NCBI GenBank assembly: GCA_021161835.1
Contig: JAGGZV010000003.1
Location: 1-53,551, forward strand
DNA length: 53,551 nucleotides
Source: Thermotogota bacterium
GTDB lineage: Bacteria; Thermotogota; Thermotogae; UBA12178
Direction of reading: 5' to 3'
Below the pieces are notes generated by a model. The model searched no databases, was not told where the DNA came from, and worked only from the letters and a program-made list of their open reading frames with translations. Made by a program: the position numbers and the translations under genes. The number at the start of each line of letters is the position of its first letter. The first letter of the stretch is position 1. Below, piece by piece: positions 1 to 8,524 of the stretch.

Positions 1-2
1 TG

Positions 3-2165
3 GAAGCGACGGAGGGGTTTACACAAAAAGAGGCAGAGGAAGAATACGTTCAGGAAGGGACAGCGTTTTTGAAACTCAAGCCTGCGAACGATCTTGCGAA
101 AGGAGCGAAGGTATACATAGACGGAAAGTACGCTGGGGAGATAGGAGGAGAGCTATTTGTGAAAGAGATCCCTGCAGGAAAGCATGAAATATTGATAACG
201 AGTGAGAAGATAGAGGACATAAAGCTCGATGTGGAAGTGGGCGAATATGAGGCATATGAGAAAACTATCAGAGGCAAACCGGCAACGAGGGTGGTAAAGA
301 TCATCACGGAACCTGTCGGTGCAAAGGTTTACAGAAACGGGGAATATGTCGACATGTCACCCACGTTCCTCAAATTGGAAGTTGGAAAGACCTACAGAAT
401 AAGACTTGAAAAAGAAGGATATGAAACGAGAGAAATCAGCATATACATCCCGAAAAAAGGCCCGGTGGTTGAGAAGAAGTATGAACTGGAAGCGAAGAAA
501 AGCGTGCTCAGGGTCAATACGACCCCTCAAGGTGCGAAAGTCTACCTGAACGGCAGCTACGTTGGCCTGACTCCCTTGAAGCTTTCAAAACCAGCTGAGC
601 CTATAAAAGGAACCATAGAAATTGTGAAGCAAGGATACGCAAAAGAAGAGCTCGAAGTTCACATAACTCCTGGAGAGGAGAAGAGTATAGACATCAAACT
701 AAAGCGGGTGGTGACTCTGGATATAAGAACGACTCCATCTGGTGCGGAGGTTTATCTCAACGGCAAGTACATAGGAACGACGCCGCTTTATAAGGAGGTA
801 GTGTTGAAGGGAAGCGGGAAGCTGGTGATAAAAAAGGCGGGGTATGAAGCTCTGGAGAAAGAGGTATTCTCCTGGGATAACCGCATAGTGATAAGCGTTG
901 CCTTGAAGAAATTGCCAACCCCTTCCATCATCTGGCAAAAGTGCCTTGGAGGGAGCGGGGGTGATTGGGCTTGGTCAGTATCCGTCACGCCAGATGGAGG
1001 TTACATTGTAGCTGGGACTACACACTCAAACGATGGGGACGTGAGGAGGAATCATGGAGGAGGAGATTTCTGGGTGGTGAAACTTGACAGGAATGGGAAC
1101 ATAGTCTGGCAGAGAGCACTTGGAGGGAGCAGGGATGATGAAGCCTACTCAGTAGCTGTGACGCCAGATGGAGGATACATCGTCGCTGGGTATACGGAAT
1201 CAAACGACGGGGACGTGAAGGGGAATCATGGAGGAGGAGATTTCTGGGTGGTGAAACTTGACAGGAATGGGAACATAGTCTGGCAGAGAGCACTTGGAGG
1301 GAGCAGAGGTGATGTAGCCTTATCAGTATCCGTCACGCCGGATGGAGGTTACATTGTAGCTGGGATTACACGCTCAAACGATGGGGACGTGAGGGGGAAT
1401 CATGGAGAAGGAGACTTTTGGGTGGTGAAACTTGACAGGAATGGGAACATAGTCTGGCAGAGAGCACTTGGAGGAGGCTGGAATGATGTAGCTTACTCAG
1501 TATCCGTCACGCCAGATGGAGGATGCATCGTAGCTGGGTACACGTGGTCAATTGACGGGGACGTGAGGGGGAATCATGGAGGAGGAGATTTCTGGGTGGT
1601 GAAACTTGACAGGAATGGGAACATAGTCTGGCAGAGAGCACTTGGAGGGAGCTTGGAGGATTGGGTCTACTCAGTAACCGTGACGCCGGATGGAGGGTAC
1701 ATCGTAGCTGGGTACACACTCTCAAACGGCGGGGACGTGAGAGGAAAGCATGGAGGAGCAGATTTTTGGATAGTGAAGCTTGACAAGGATGGGAACGTAG
1801 AATGGCAGAAGTGCCTTGGAGGGAGCAATGATGATGCAGCCTACTCAGTGGCTGTCACTCCAGATGGAGGATACATCGTAGCTGGGGTGACATGGTCAAA
1901 TGACGGTGACGTGAGTGGAAATCATGGATACGGGGATTTTTGGGTAGTGAAGCTTGACGGGGAGGGAAACATAGTCTGGCAGAGAGCACTTGGAGGGAAC
2001 GAAGATGATTCAGCCTTATCAGTATCCGTCACACCGGATGGAGGATACATCGTAGCTGGGTACACGCAATCATATGACGGAGACGTGAAAGGGTGGCATG
2101 AGGGATATGATGAAAATTGGAAACCATATCCAGACTTCTGGATCGTCAAACTCGGCTGGAAATAA
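3..2165 (+). CDS. PEGA-domain protein with C-terminal 7-repeat beta-propeller-like domain (5' end lies outside the window)
   Basis: Frame is open from position 3 (EATEGFTQKEAEEEYVQEGTAFLKLKP...), so TTG at 69 is probably not the true start. Four PEGA-like motifs (GAKVYIDG, GAKVYRNG, GAKVYLNG, GAEVYLNG) precede seven 58-aa repeats (IVWQRALGGS..D.AYSV.VTPDGGYIVAG.T.S.DGDV..NHG.GDFWVVKLD.NGN). Confidence 0.85.
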   Translation, partial: EATEGFTQKEAEEEYVQEGTAFLKLKPANDLAKGAKVYIDGKYAGEIGGELFVKEIPAGKHEILITSEKIEDIKLDVEVGEYEAYEKTIRGKPATRVVKIITEPVGAKVYRNGEYVDMSPTFLKLEVGKTYRIRLEKEGYETREISIYIPKKGPVVEKKYELEAKKSVLRVNTTPQGAKVYLNGSYVGLTPLKLSKPAEPIKGTIEIVKQGYAKEELEVHITPGEEKSIDIKLKRVVTLDIRTTPSGAEVYLNGKYIGTTPLYKEVVLKGSGKLVIKKAGYEALEKEVFSWDNRIVISVALKKLPTPSIIWQKCLGGSGGDWAWSVSVTPDGGYIVAGTTHSNDGDVRRNHGGGDFWVVKLDRNGNIVWQRALGGSRDDEAYSVAVTPDGGYIVAGYTESNDGDVKGNHGGGDFWVVKLDRNGNIVWQRALGGSRGDVALSVSVTPDGGYIVAGITRSNDGDVRGNHGEGDFWVVKLDRNGNIVWQRALGGGWNDVAYSVSVTPDGGCIVAGYTWSIDGDVRGNHGGGDFWVVKLDRNGNIVWQRALGGSLEDWVYSVTVTPDGGYIVAGYTLSNGGDVRGKHGGADFWIVKLDKDGNVEWQKCLGGSNDDAAYSVAVTPDGGYIVAGVTWSNDGDVSGNHGYGDFWVVKLDGEGNIVWQRALGGNEDDSALSVSVTPDGGYIVAGYTQSYDGDVKGWHEGYDENWKPYPDFWIVKLGWK
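927..2162 (+). repeat. Intragenic tandem repeat, 7 x 174 bp
   Basis: Units start at 927, 1101, 1275, 1449, 1623, 1797 and 1971 (exact 174-bp period). A 56-nt block, tgggtggtgaaacttgacaggaatgggaacatagtctggcagagagcacttggagg, is identical at 1071, 1245, 1419 and 1593. Confidence 0.95.
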
Positions 2166-2211
2166 GAGAAAGGGTACTTCGAGGCAACTGCCTGAAATCG
2201 CTTCGCCGAAT

Positions 2212-2243
2212 AAAAAACTACCCCGCCACCGGCGGGGTTTTTT
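2212..2243 (+). terminator. Intrinsic terminator (possibly bidirectional)
   Basis: CCCCGCC-acc-GGCGGGG stem (2221-2237) with T6 after it and A6 before it. Confidence 0.8.
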
Positions 2244-2249
2244 GCGCTC

Positions 2250-2258
2250 TGCTATAAT
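2250..2258 (+). promoter_or_regulatory. Extended -10 promoter of the AAA/nuclease gene
   Basis: TGcTATAAT, followed by SD-like GGGGGTGA and ATG at 2281. Confidence 0.6.
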
Positions 2259-2280
2259 CCTCCATGGGGGTGACCTGGAT

Positions 2281-3981
2281 ATGAAAAACCTTCCAATAGG
2301 TGTAGAAGACTTTGAGGAGATTATAGAAGGTGGTTATTACTATGTTGACAAATCTCTTTTGATAAAGGATATAATGGATCTTCCTGGGAAGATAAAGCTC
2401 ATAACAAGACCAAGGCGATTTGGGAAGACATTGAACATGAGCATGGTGGAGAATTTCTTTTCGCTGTTCAAGAAGAATGATTTATTTGAAGGTCTTGCGA
2501 TATGGGATGAAAAAGCAATAGTTAAGGATAACTACCACAAATGGCCTGTTGTGTTTGTGTCCTTTAAGGAATTGAAGGATACAGATTGGGAAAGAGCAGT
2601 TGTTCACATGAAAGCAATGCTCAGTGAGGTTGCGCTTAAATATCTGGAATACGTGAAGAATGATTCGGACAGAAAATTCTTGAAACGTCTAGCAGACATC
2701 GAGGCATATTTGGAAGAATACGGAACTCTTTTAAAGAGAGTGACGAGGATTCTACACGAAAAGTTTGGAAAGAAAGTGATTCTCCTGATAGACGAATATG
2801 ACGTACCAATAGAGGCTGCATATACGAATAGGCACAAGGATCCTGATTATTATGACAACATGGTGGCCTTCATGAGGAACATGCTGACTGCAGCGCTCAA
2901 GGGGAATGAGTATTTAGAGTTCGGGATCCTTACAGGAGTTTACAGAGTTGCGAAAGAGTCTATTTTCTCGGGTCTAAACAATCTTGAAGTCTTCACGGTA
3001 TTTGACAATGCCATGGAAATGAGATTTGGTTTCACGGAGGAAGAGATAAAGAAGCTTCTTGAATATTACAGCCTTAACGAAGAGGATAAAAAAATCGTCG
3101 ATGAGTGGTATGGAGGTTTCAGAATAGGGGAATACGCTCCCCTTTACAACCCCTGGAGTGTGATCAAGTACATCAAAGAAAGGATACATGGAAGGTGTGA
3201 CCCAGAAAAGGCGGCGCAGTCATACTGGATAAACACATCATCAAACGACATTATAAAGGAGCAGGTGGAGAAAAAAACTCAGGTTAAAGACAAACTCGAT
3301 GCATTGCTTGAAGGGAAGGAAGTAAAAGTCAGGCTCGATCCATGGCTTTCGTTGAGAGAACTTGAGGAGGTGCCTTCCGGTGTTTGGACACTTCTCGCAT
3401 CGAGTGGGTACCTGGCTGCAAGGTACATTGAGAGGAAAATCTATACAGTCAGGATACCGAACAAGGAGATAGAGGAGTTCTTCAAAGACGTTGTGGGTGT
3501 ATGGCTCAAGGAAACGGTGGGATTTTCCGGTGATGAACTTTACTTTGTGCTTGAGGAGATGCTATCTGATGGGAAGGTTGAAAGGTTCAAGGAACTTCTT
3601 GATAAATTCATAAAGAACTCGCTCAGCTATTATGACTTTGGCTTTGAAGAACCGGAGCGTGTGTACAAAGCGTTTCTTTTAGGGATGCTTTCGATAGCGA
3701 TAAACGGGTATGAGGTAGAAAGTGAGATGGAATCAGGATACGGACGGCTTGATGTTGTGATATATCCGAAAGAAAGGCGATATGGAAGCTATGCGGCGAT
3801 ATTTGAAGTGAAGCGTGCAGATAGTGAAAAGAATCTTGAAGATCTTGCAAAGCAAGCACTGGAGCAGATAAAGGGGAAAGAATACTATGCGAAGATGAAA
3901 GAAAAGGGATATGGGATAATAGGTTTTGGGATAGCGTTTTGTGGAAAGAAAGCAATGGTGAACAGTCGGATTTTATATTAG
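2281..3981 (+). CDS. AAA-ATPase-like domain plus PD-(D/E)XK nuclease (PDDEXK_9-type) protein
   Basis: N-terminus MKNLPIGVEDF...YYVDKS, Walker A-like RPRRFGKT, Walker B LIDEYD, SGLNNL, YNPWSV, YWINTSSN; C-terminal GYGRLDVVI...IFEVK...ALEQI..KEY. Start moved from 2098 to the SD-supported ATG at 2281. Confidence 0.88.
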   Translation: MKNLPIGVEDFEEIIEGGYYYVDKSLLIKDIMDLPGKIKLITRPRRFGKTLNMSMVENFFSLFKKNDLFEGLAIWDEKAIVKDNYHKWPVVFVSFKELKDTDWERAVVHMKAMLSEVALKYLEYVKNDSDRKFLKRLADIEAYLEEYGTLLKRVTRILHEKFGKKVILLIDEYDVPIEAAYTNRHKDPDYYDNMVAFMRNMLTAALKGNEYLEFGILTGVYRVAKESIFSGLNNLEVFTVFDNAMEMRFGFTEEEIKKLLEYYSLNEEDKKIVDEWYGGFRIGEYAPLYNPWSVIKYIKERIHGRCDPEKAAQSYWINTSSNDIIKEQVEKKTQVKDKLDALLEGKEVKVRLDPWLSLRELEEVPSGVWTLLASSGYLAARYIERKIYTVRIPNKEIEEFFKDVVGVWLKETVGFSGDELYFVLEEMLSDGKVERFKELLDKFIKNSLSYYDFGFEEPERVYKAFLLGMLSIAINGYEVESEMESGYGRLDVVIYPKERRYGSYAAIFEVKRADSEKNLEDLAKQALEQIKGKEYYAKMKEKGYGIIGFGIAFCGKKAMVNSRILY

Positions 3982-4024
3982 GTAAGTGTGGACCTTTTGA
4001 AAGGCACATGACACGTAAATATTT

Positions 4025-4175
4025 ACCTTCCCTTGCTCTTCTTACAGTATGTCATGATATACCCAGGACACAAGCTGTTTTAGGTACATTACCGTTGTTC
4101 TCTTCAAGAATTTTTTACAAGCATTCTAGCTTTTTCAAGGGAGGAGTCTTAACTGGTAAATATCTGCATATCCAT
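4025..4175 (-). pseudogene. Decayed HTH-coding fragment, likely N-terminus of an IS transposase
   Basis: Minus strand reads EKARMLVK / frameshift in an A-run / KILEENNGNVPKTACVLGIS*HTVRRAREG, with an in-frame TGA at 4054-4052. This is a Fis-like HTH pattern (NGNV.KTA..LGIS..TV). Confidence 0.55.
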
Positions 4176-4199
4176 CTGGGGGAACACACTCCTGTCAGC

Positions 4200-4228
4200 T
4201 TGACCTATCATCGATGGTGATGTAAAAT
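4200..4228 (+). promoter_or_regulatory. Sigma70-type promoter of the tRNA pair
   Basis: TTGACC-17 bp-TAAAAT, 12 bp upstream of tRNA-Gly. Confidence 0.75.
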
Positions 4229-4240
4229 TGGAAATGGTAT

Positions 4241-4316
4241 GCGGCCGTAGCTCACTTGGTAGAGCACCAGCTTCCCAAGCTGGGGGTCGCGGGTTCGAGT
4301 CCCGTCGGCCGCTCCA
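4241..4316 (+). tRNA. tRNA-Gly(CCC)
   Basis: Acceptor stem GCGGCCG/CGGCCGC, anticodon arm CCAGC-ttCCCaa-GCTGG, GGTTCGAGTCC T-arm, encoded CCA. Confidence 0.97.
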
Positions 4317-4323
4317 TAAATGG

Positions 4324-4400
4324 GCAGGCGTAGCTTCAATCGGTGGAGCGCCGCCTTGGTAAGGCGGAGGTTGTGGGTTCGAGTCCCATCGCCTGCTCCA
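4324..4400 (+). tRNA. tRNA-Thr(GGT)
   Basis: Acceptor stem GCAGGCG/CGCCTGC, anticodon arm CCGCC-ttGGTaa-GGCGG, GGTTCGAGTCC T-arm, encoded CCA. Confidence 0.97.
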
Positions 4401-4404
4401 GAGA

Positions 4405-4429
4405 GGGGGACGAAAATCCCCCGTTTTTT
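4405..4429 (+). terminator. Intrinsic terminator after the tRNAs
   Basis: GGGGGA-cgaaaa-TCCCCC followed by GTTTTTT. Confidence 0.75.
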
Positions 4430-5717
4430 ATTTTTGTATAATTACCGGTCCAAGTCGCATATCCCGTTCGTAGGATCTATGCTCTTCGGATCTGAAGAAA
4501 ACCGAGTGTATGTTGGTAGCCCTCACGTCGAGTTCGAACTGTTCGATGAACAGAGAAGGATCGATATGCATGAATCTCTCTTTCTTGAGCGATTTTTTTA
4601 GCACCTGTATGTACTGAGAAGCGTTGGTCACATGGGGTAGGAGTGCCTTTTCTCTGATGATGGCCAGTAGTTTCCTTCCTTTTTTCGTGAAGCCCAGGAT
4701 TCTGAGATATTGAGGTCCTTTCTTGTTACTGCTGTTGACAAGATCTTTCCTCATCATGAGAATCGGGTAGAGCGAGAGGCGCCTCAATCGTGAAAAAGTG
4801 AAGCGCTTGGTTTTAACTTTTTCCAGCAGGTCCAGTGCATCTCTGGAACGGGGGGCATACTTCGCGAAACGTTCATCCAGACCTTCGTTGAACCCTGCGT
4901 AGTCACTCAAATCGGAGCGTTTCAGTGCTCTGAAGGTTGCGAGGATCAAAACACTGAGATCTTCGTAAAAAATGGGGCCACGACCTTCCCTGAATTCTCT
5001 CATAAGTATTTCGAAAGTTTGGGAAGGAACGGCTTCTTTCACCTTTTCCATATCCTGCGACTTTATCGAATTACGTATGGCCGTAGCGCTGGAGTATTTT
5101 CCTCTGTGATGTTGTTCGGTGTAGTCTGCTCCTATCCTTCTTATGGTGTGGAATTTCATGGAGGTTTTCAATCTGTAAGCGCTTACAAGATATTCCAGGC
5201 CCAGTATATCGTTGGAACGTGCTATGATGTCCACCAACGTAGGGTCGAGTATCCTCTTTTTTTCAACGTATCGCATTATTGCAACACGTCTGGCGTTGGG
5301 AAATGATAGCCCTTTTTTTAGTTCCTGGTGCAGATATTCAACGTAATCTTCTGGTTCCTCTACAATTATCTCCGCTATTTTCTTCAGGATATCGATTTTG
5401 CCAGATTCGCTGCCGAAAACAACGTCGGTTACAACGTGAGTGTTGTGAAGGATCGCTACTGCTCCAAAGGCGAATCCGCCTGCATCCTGAATGGCGAACA
5501 CGGTGGGAAGCTCCACAACCACATCGATTCCGGATCTGAGAGCCATCTCTGTTCGAGCGAATTTGTCAACCACGGCAGGTTCTCCACGTTGGGTAAAGTT
5601 TCCACTCATAACTGCCAGCGTGTAATCGGGTTGTACGAGTTCTTTGGCCTTATTCAAGTGGTAGAGATGTCCATGATGAAGCGGGTTGTATTCCACTATC
5701 ACTCCCAGTACTCTCAA
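4428..5717 (-). CDS. tmcAL: tRNA(Met) cytidine acetate ligase (UPF0348 nucleotidyltransferase)
   Basis: GVIVEYNPLHHGH (HIGH-like), MSGNFTQRGEPA, FGSESG, SNDILGLEY, SATAIR, KTKRFTFSRLRR, YLRILGF. Confidence 0.88.
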   Translation of the reverse strand: MRVLGVIVEYNPLHHGHLYHLNKAKELVQPDYTLAVMSGNFTQRGEPAVVDKFARTEMALRSGIDVVVELPTVFAIQDAGGFAFGAVAILHNTHVVTDVVFGSESGKIDILKKIAEIIVEEPEDYVEYLHQELKKGLSFPNARRVAIMRYVEKKRILDPTLVDIIARSNDILGLEYLVSAYRLKTSMKFHTIRRIGADYTEQHHRGKYSSATAIRNSIKSQDMEKVKEAVPSQTFEILMREFREGRGPIFYEDLSVLILATFRALKRSDLSDYAGFNEGLDERFAKYAPRSRDALDLLEKVKTKRFTFSRLRRLSLYPILMMRKDLVNSSNKKGPQYLRILGFTKKGRKLLAIIREKALLPHVTNASQYIQVLKKSLKKERFMHIDPSLFIEQFELDVRATNIHSVFFRSEEHRSYERDMRLGPVIIQK

Positions 5718-6346
5718 GTTGATCTCTCCCTATTTTTCAGGAATCCCAGGAATATTATGAAATTTATAACGGCATGTAGCACTATGGGGACTATCAACGC
5801 GTTGGATCTTTGATAAGTATAGCCTATAATGAGGGAGAGAACGAAACGTGTGGGAATGGCAAGGACAAACTCCAGAAGAGTTTCGAATCTGGCAAACACG
5901 TTGGCAGCGTGGAAAAAGGTGAAGGCCAGAGATGCCAGAATGGTGCTCCATTTCAATCCCAGGGTGCTCCAGGGTATGTAAAGGTTCAGAAGGTTTTGGA
6001 TCATACCTCTGAACACTATTTCTTCCGCTACGCTCGCGAAGACAACCGCTATCAGAAACAGATCCAGCATGGATATCCTTATCCTTCGTGCTCCTCCTAT
6101 CTTGGCATGTTTACCTGCAAACATCATTGCCACTATCACCAGAAAACCCATGAGGAAGACGTCGAGCTGGAACTCAGTTACAAGCCAATTCAGACGTGCG
6201 AGTATGGCCATGAAAACTGCGTAGGATGCCAGAATGATTTCCAGAATCAGAGGGCCATGGGGGCGATGCTTGAGGATCCCGCTGAAAATTAGCGGCAAGG
6301 AAAAATAAACCATCAACGCCAGAAGAGCTTCCAGAGTGTTCATCAT
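5714..6346 (-). CDS. CPBP (Abi/CAAX) family intramembrane protease
   Basis: Hydrophobic protein with EEIVFRG, FTFFH and LHAVIN motifs. Confidence 0.85.
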   Translation of the reverse strand: MMNTLEALLALMVYFSLPLIFSGILKHRPHGPLILEIILASYAVFMAILARLNWLVTEFQLDVFLMGFLVIVAMMFAGKHAKIGGARRIRISMLDLFLIAVVFASVAEEIVFRGMIQNLLNLYIPWSTLGLKWSTILASLAFTFFHAANVFARFETLLEFVLAIPTRFVLSLIIGYTYQRSNALIVPIVLHAVINFIIFLGFLKNRERST

Positions 6347-6612
6347 TCGTACTCACCCATTCCATAGACAAATGCCAGAACTTCCGCAACCACTTTATAC
6401 AACTCTTCGGGTATTTCAGAGTATATTTCCAATCTGAACAGATCTTCCACCAGTTCAGGATTTTCCACGATGGGTATGCCTTTTTCTTTCGCTATCTCTA
6501 TTATTGCTTCGGCAACCTCTCCAACACCTTTTGCTATCACCACAGGCGCGGTGTCAACATCTTTATTGTATTTTAAAGCCACCGATTTTTTTCTTCTTTC
6601 ATTTTCATCCAT
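6343..6612 (-). CDS. FlhB cytoplasmic-domain-like protein (EscU/YscU/HrcU family)
   Basis: VALKY...APVVIAKG.GEVA..II..AKE.GIPI..NP.LV..L...IPEELYKVVAEVLAFVY. Confidence 0.9.
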   Translation of the reverse strand: MDENERRKKSVALKYNKDVDTAPVVIAKGVGEVAEAIIEIAKEKGIPIVENPELVEDLFRLEIYSEIPEELYKVVAEVLAFVYGMGEYE

Positions 6613-8524
6613 ATATTTCGAATCCCTCCCGTGATAACATCGGCAATACCAGCTCTTTTCTGTGCGTGGCGAATCGTATGTCTACTACTTCAAAACCCAG
6701 ATTTTCCAGCTTCCTCAGCAGTTTTGAAGCTTTTATCCTTGCCTTACCCGATCTTTTTTCGACTTTTGCCATTATGCTCACCGTCTTTTCATTTACGTGT
6801 ATCCATCCTTCCACTTCTCCATATTCCGGGGTTCTCAGGGCGAGAAGTATGGAATATATCTTTCTCCTACCCTGTGGCATTTCGAGTTCTTTTTCATTAA
6901 CGTACACTTCTCCGTTTGCGAGTTGCTTCAACCAGAAAAAGCGTACGCCATCCAACAGGAACCTGTTGATCGTCTTCTCTATTTCTATACGTTCGGGAGA
7001 GGCACGTAGCTTCTCATTCAGAGCTTCCATGAGCTTTATCAATTCCTTTTTGGAAGCGTTATCAACTTTAAAAGATTCTTTCAATCGCATTTTTCTTCCT
7101 TTTCTCTTAATGTTTTTGGGGATGCTGGAGGGTGAGAATCGTGAAATTACTCTGTAAACCTTGTTCGGTGGATGTTGTAGATGATGGGATTTTGTCATGA
7201 AGAACCTTTTGAACACCATGGATTTTTCTCCGTTTTTCAGGAACGCTTCGATTTTCTTGAGGTGATCGTGCGGAATGAATCCTTCGGCTTTCATCAAGAT
7301 CGAATTTCCCTTTGTTACTTTGAATCCCTTTTCTTTCATAAACATCGTGACATTGGAAGCTTCTTTTTCAAGTTCTGGAAGAGATAGTGTGCTGGTGAAA
7401 TCCAGAATCATGTACGTTGGTTCCTTCTCTGTGTTTATCACCACGGTTACGCTATGACTACCGGAGCTGAAATTCCACACCTCTTTTCCCGGGAATTTTA
7501 TCAGAAGTGTTGGTGGGAGCCTGTTCCGTATGGATGTATCCAGGAAATCTACTCCTGGTTCAAAAGTCTCAAGTGGTGTATCCACTGGTTGAAGAATTAC
7601 AACATTGCCGATGTTGCGTTCGAAAATAGAGCTTGTTTTTCCAAGCAACGGTTCCAGAGTGGAGAGTAATCTATTGAAAAGGTCAGCACGTGTGAAGAGT
7701 GATATTTCAATGCCCATTTTTCCCGTCCTCATGAGCAAACCAGGGAGGATTTTGAAACTTCTGATACCCATTTCTTTTATCCCGTCGAGTGTTTTCGCTA
7801 CAACCATGTCAATATCGGAGTTTTTCTCCACTACATTGATTTGTAGATATTCAGGTTTTTCCAGAGTTTCTGTTCTGGTGTGGAAAATCAGCTTCAGGAG
7901 ATCCAGCACCTTAAGTTGTGGTACTCTGAAACCACCTTTGTTCGTTATCACGTAACTGCAACTTCCAGTTATTGGACTTGTTTCTTTGTATATGGAGGAA
8001 GCAAGAGATTTGAAAGCCTCACACAGCTGTTTTATTTCAGATGGTGATGCGTTTGAAAGCTTTGAAAGATCCGCGAATATGAGAAAACGCTCGAAAATCC
8101 TCAAACTTCTTTCATCCAGTTTGTCCAGCACAAGACGGAATTTTTCACCGATGTAAGGTACCATCTCGGGTTTTATGTTCGATGGTATAGGGATTCGAAG
8201 TTTCGTATCGTTTTTTTCACCTACAACGAAACTCTTGTCTTCCAGATCGAATGAAGCTATTACACGTGCTTTCAAATGCTCCGAGGGGGCAGAATCGGGA
8301 TCCATCCAGAATCTGATGGTATCTCCTGACTTCAGATTTGAAACATCATTTTCTGCGGACAGCAGGAATATCCTTTTTCCTATCTGTACGGTAAGAACGT
8401 TGGCAGAGGACGAGACTACCTTACCCAATTTTCCTCTACTGACGGATTTAGATTCGTTGAAAATCCTCCTGACGGGTTCGAAACCCCATACTCTCACTCT
8501 CTCACTCCCGGGTGATTCTATCAC
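6605..8524 (-). CDS. Hypothetical protein, possibly with a C-terminal FliK-like domain
   Basis: 639-aa ORF overlapping both neighbours. The C-terminal pattern (L.L.TPEYGEVEG.I.V....V.I...L...LENLGFEV..I.F) and its position upstream of the FlhB-like gene suggest FliK-like; start is uncertain. Confidence 0.5.
   Translation of the reverse strand: MIESPGSERVRVWGFEPVRRIFNESKSVSRGKLGKVVSSSANVLTVQIGKRIFLLSAENDVSNLKSGDTIRFWMDPDSAPSEHLKARVIASFDLEDKSFVVGEKNDTKLRIPIPSNIKPEMVPYIGEKFRLVLDKLDERSLRIFERFLIFADLSKLSNASPSEIKQLCEAFKSLASSIYKETSPITGSCSYVITNKGGFRVPQLKVLDLLKLIFHTRTETLEKPEYLQINVVEKNSDIDMVVAKTLDGIKEMGIRSFKILPGLLMRTGKMGIEISLFTRADLFNRLLSTLEPLLGKTSSIFERNIGNVVILQPVDTPLETFEPGVDFLDTSIRNRLPPTLLIKFPGKEVWNFSSGSHSVTVVINTEKEPTYMILDFTSTLSLPELEKEASNVTMFMKEKGFKVTKGNSILMKAEGFIPHDHLKKIEAFLKNGEKSMVFKRFFMTKSHHLQHPPNKVYRVISRFSPSSIPKNIKRKGRKMRLKESFKVDNASKKELIKLMEALNEKLRASPERIEIEKTINRFLLDGVRFFWLKQLANGEVYVNEKELEMPQGRRKIYSILLALRTPEYGEVEGWIHVNEKTVSIMAKVEKRSGKARIKASKLLRKLENLGFEVVDIRFATHRKELVLPMLSREGFEIYG

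Noticed and set aside
927-2162. Regularly spaced identical DNA blocks as a CRISPR array
   Set aside because: The period is 174 bp and in frame within a coding sequence, the intervening segments are homologous to each other, and there are no cas genes.
2098-2280. 61-aa N-terminal extension of the AAA-nuclease ORF
   Set aside because: It overlaps the upstream gene end, a terminator and a promoter; ATG 2281 has an SD and the family-typical N-terminus.
1-4400. Complete diversity-generating retroelement
   Set aside because: No reverse transcriptase, Avd or non-coding template repeat is visible in the window; kept only as a hypothesis to test.
4320-4601. 93-aa ORF over tRNA-Thr
   Set aside because: It overlaps a tRNA and is antisense to tmcAL; spurious.
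6343-8524. Type III secretion or flagellar gene cluster
   Set aside because: Only a stand-alone FlhB-domain gene and a possible FliK-like neighbour, a known orphan pairing; no other export genes.
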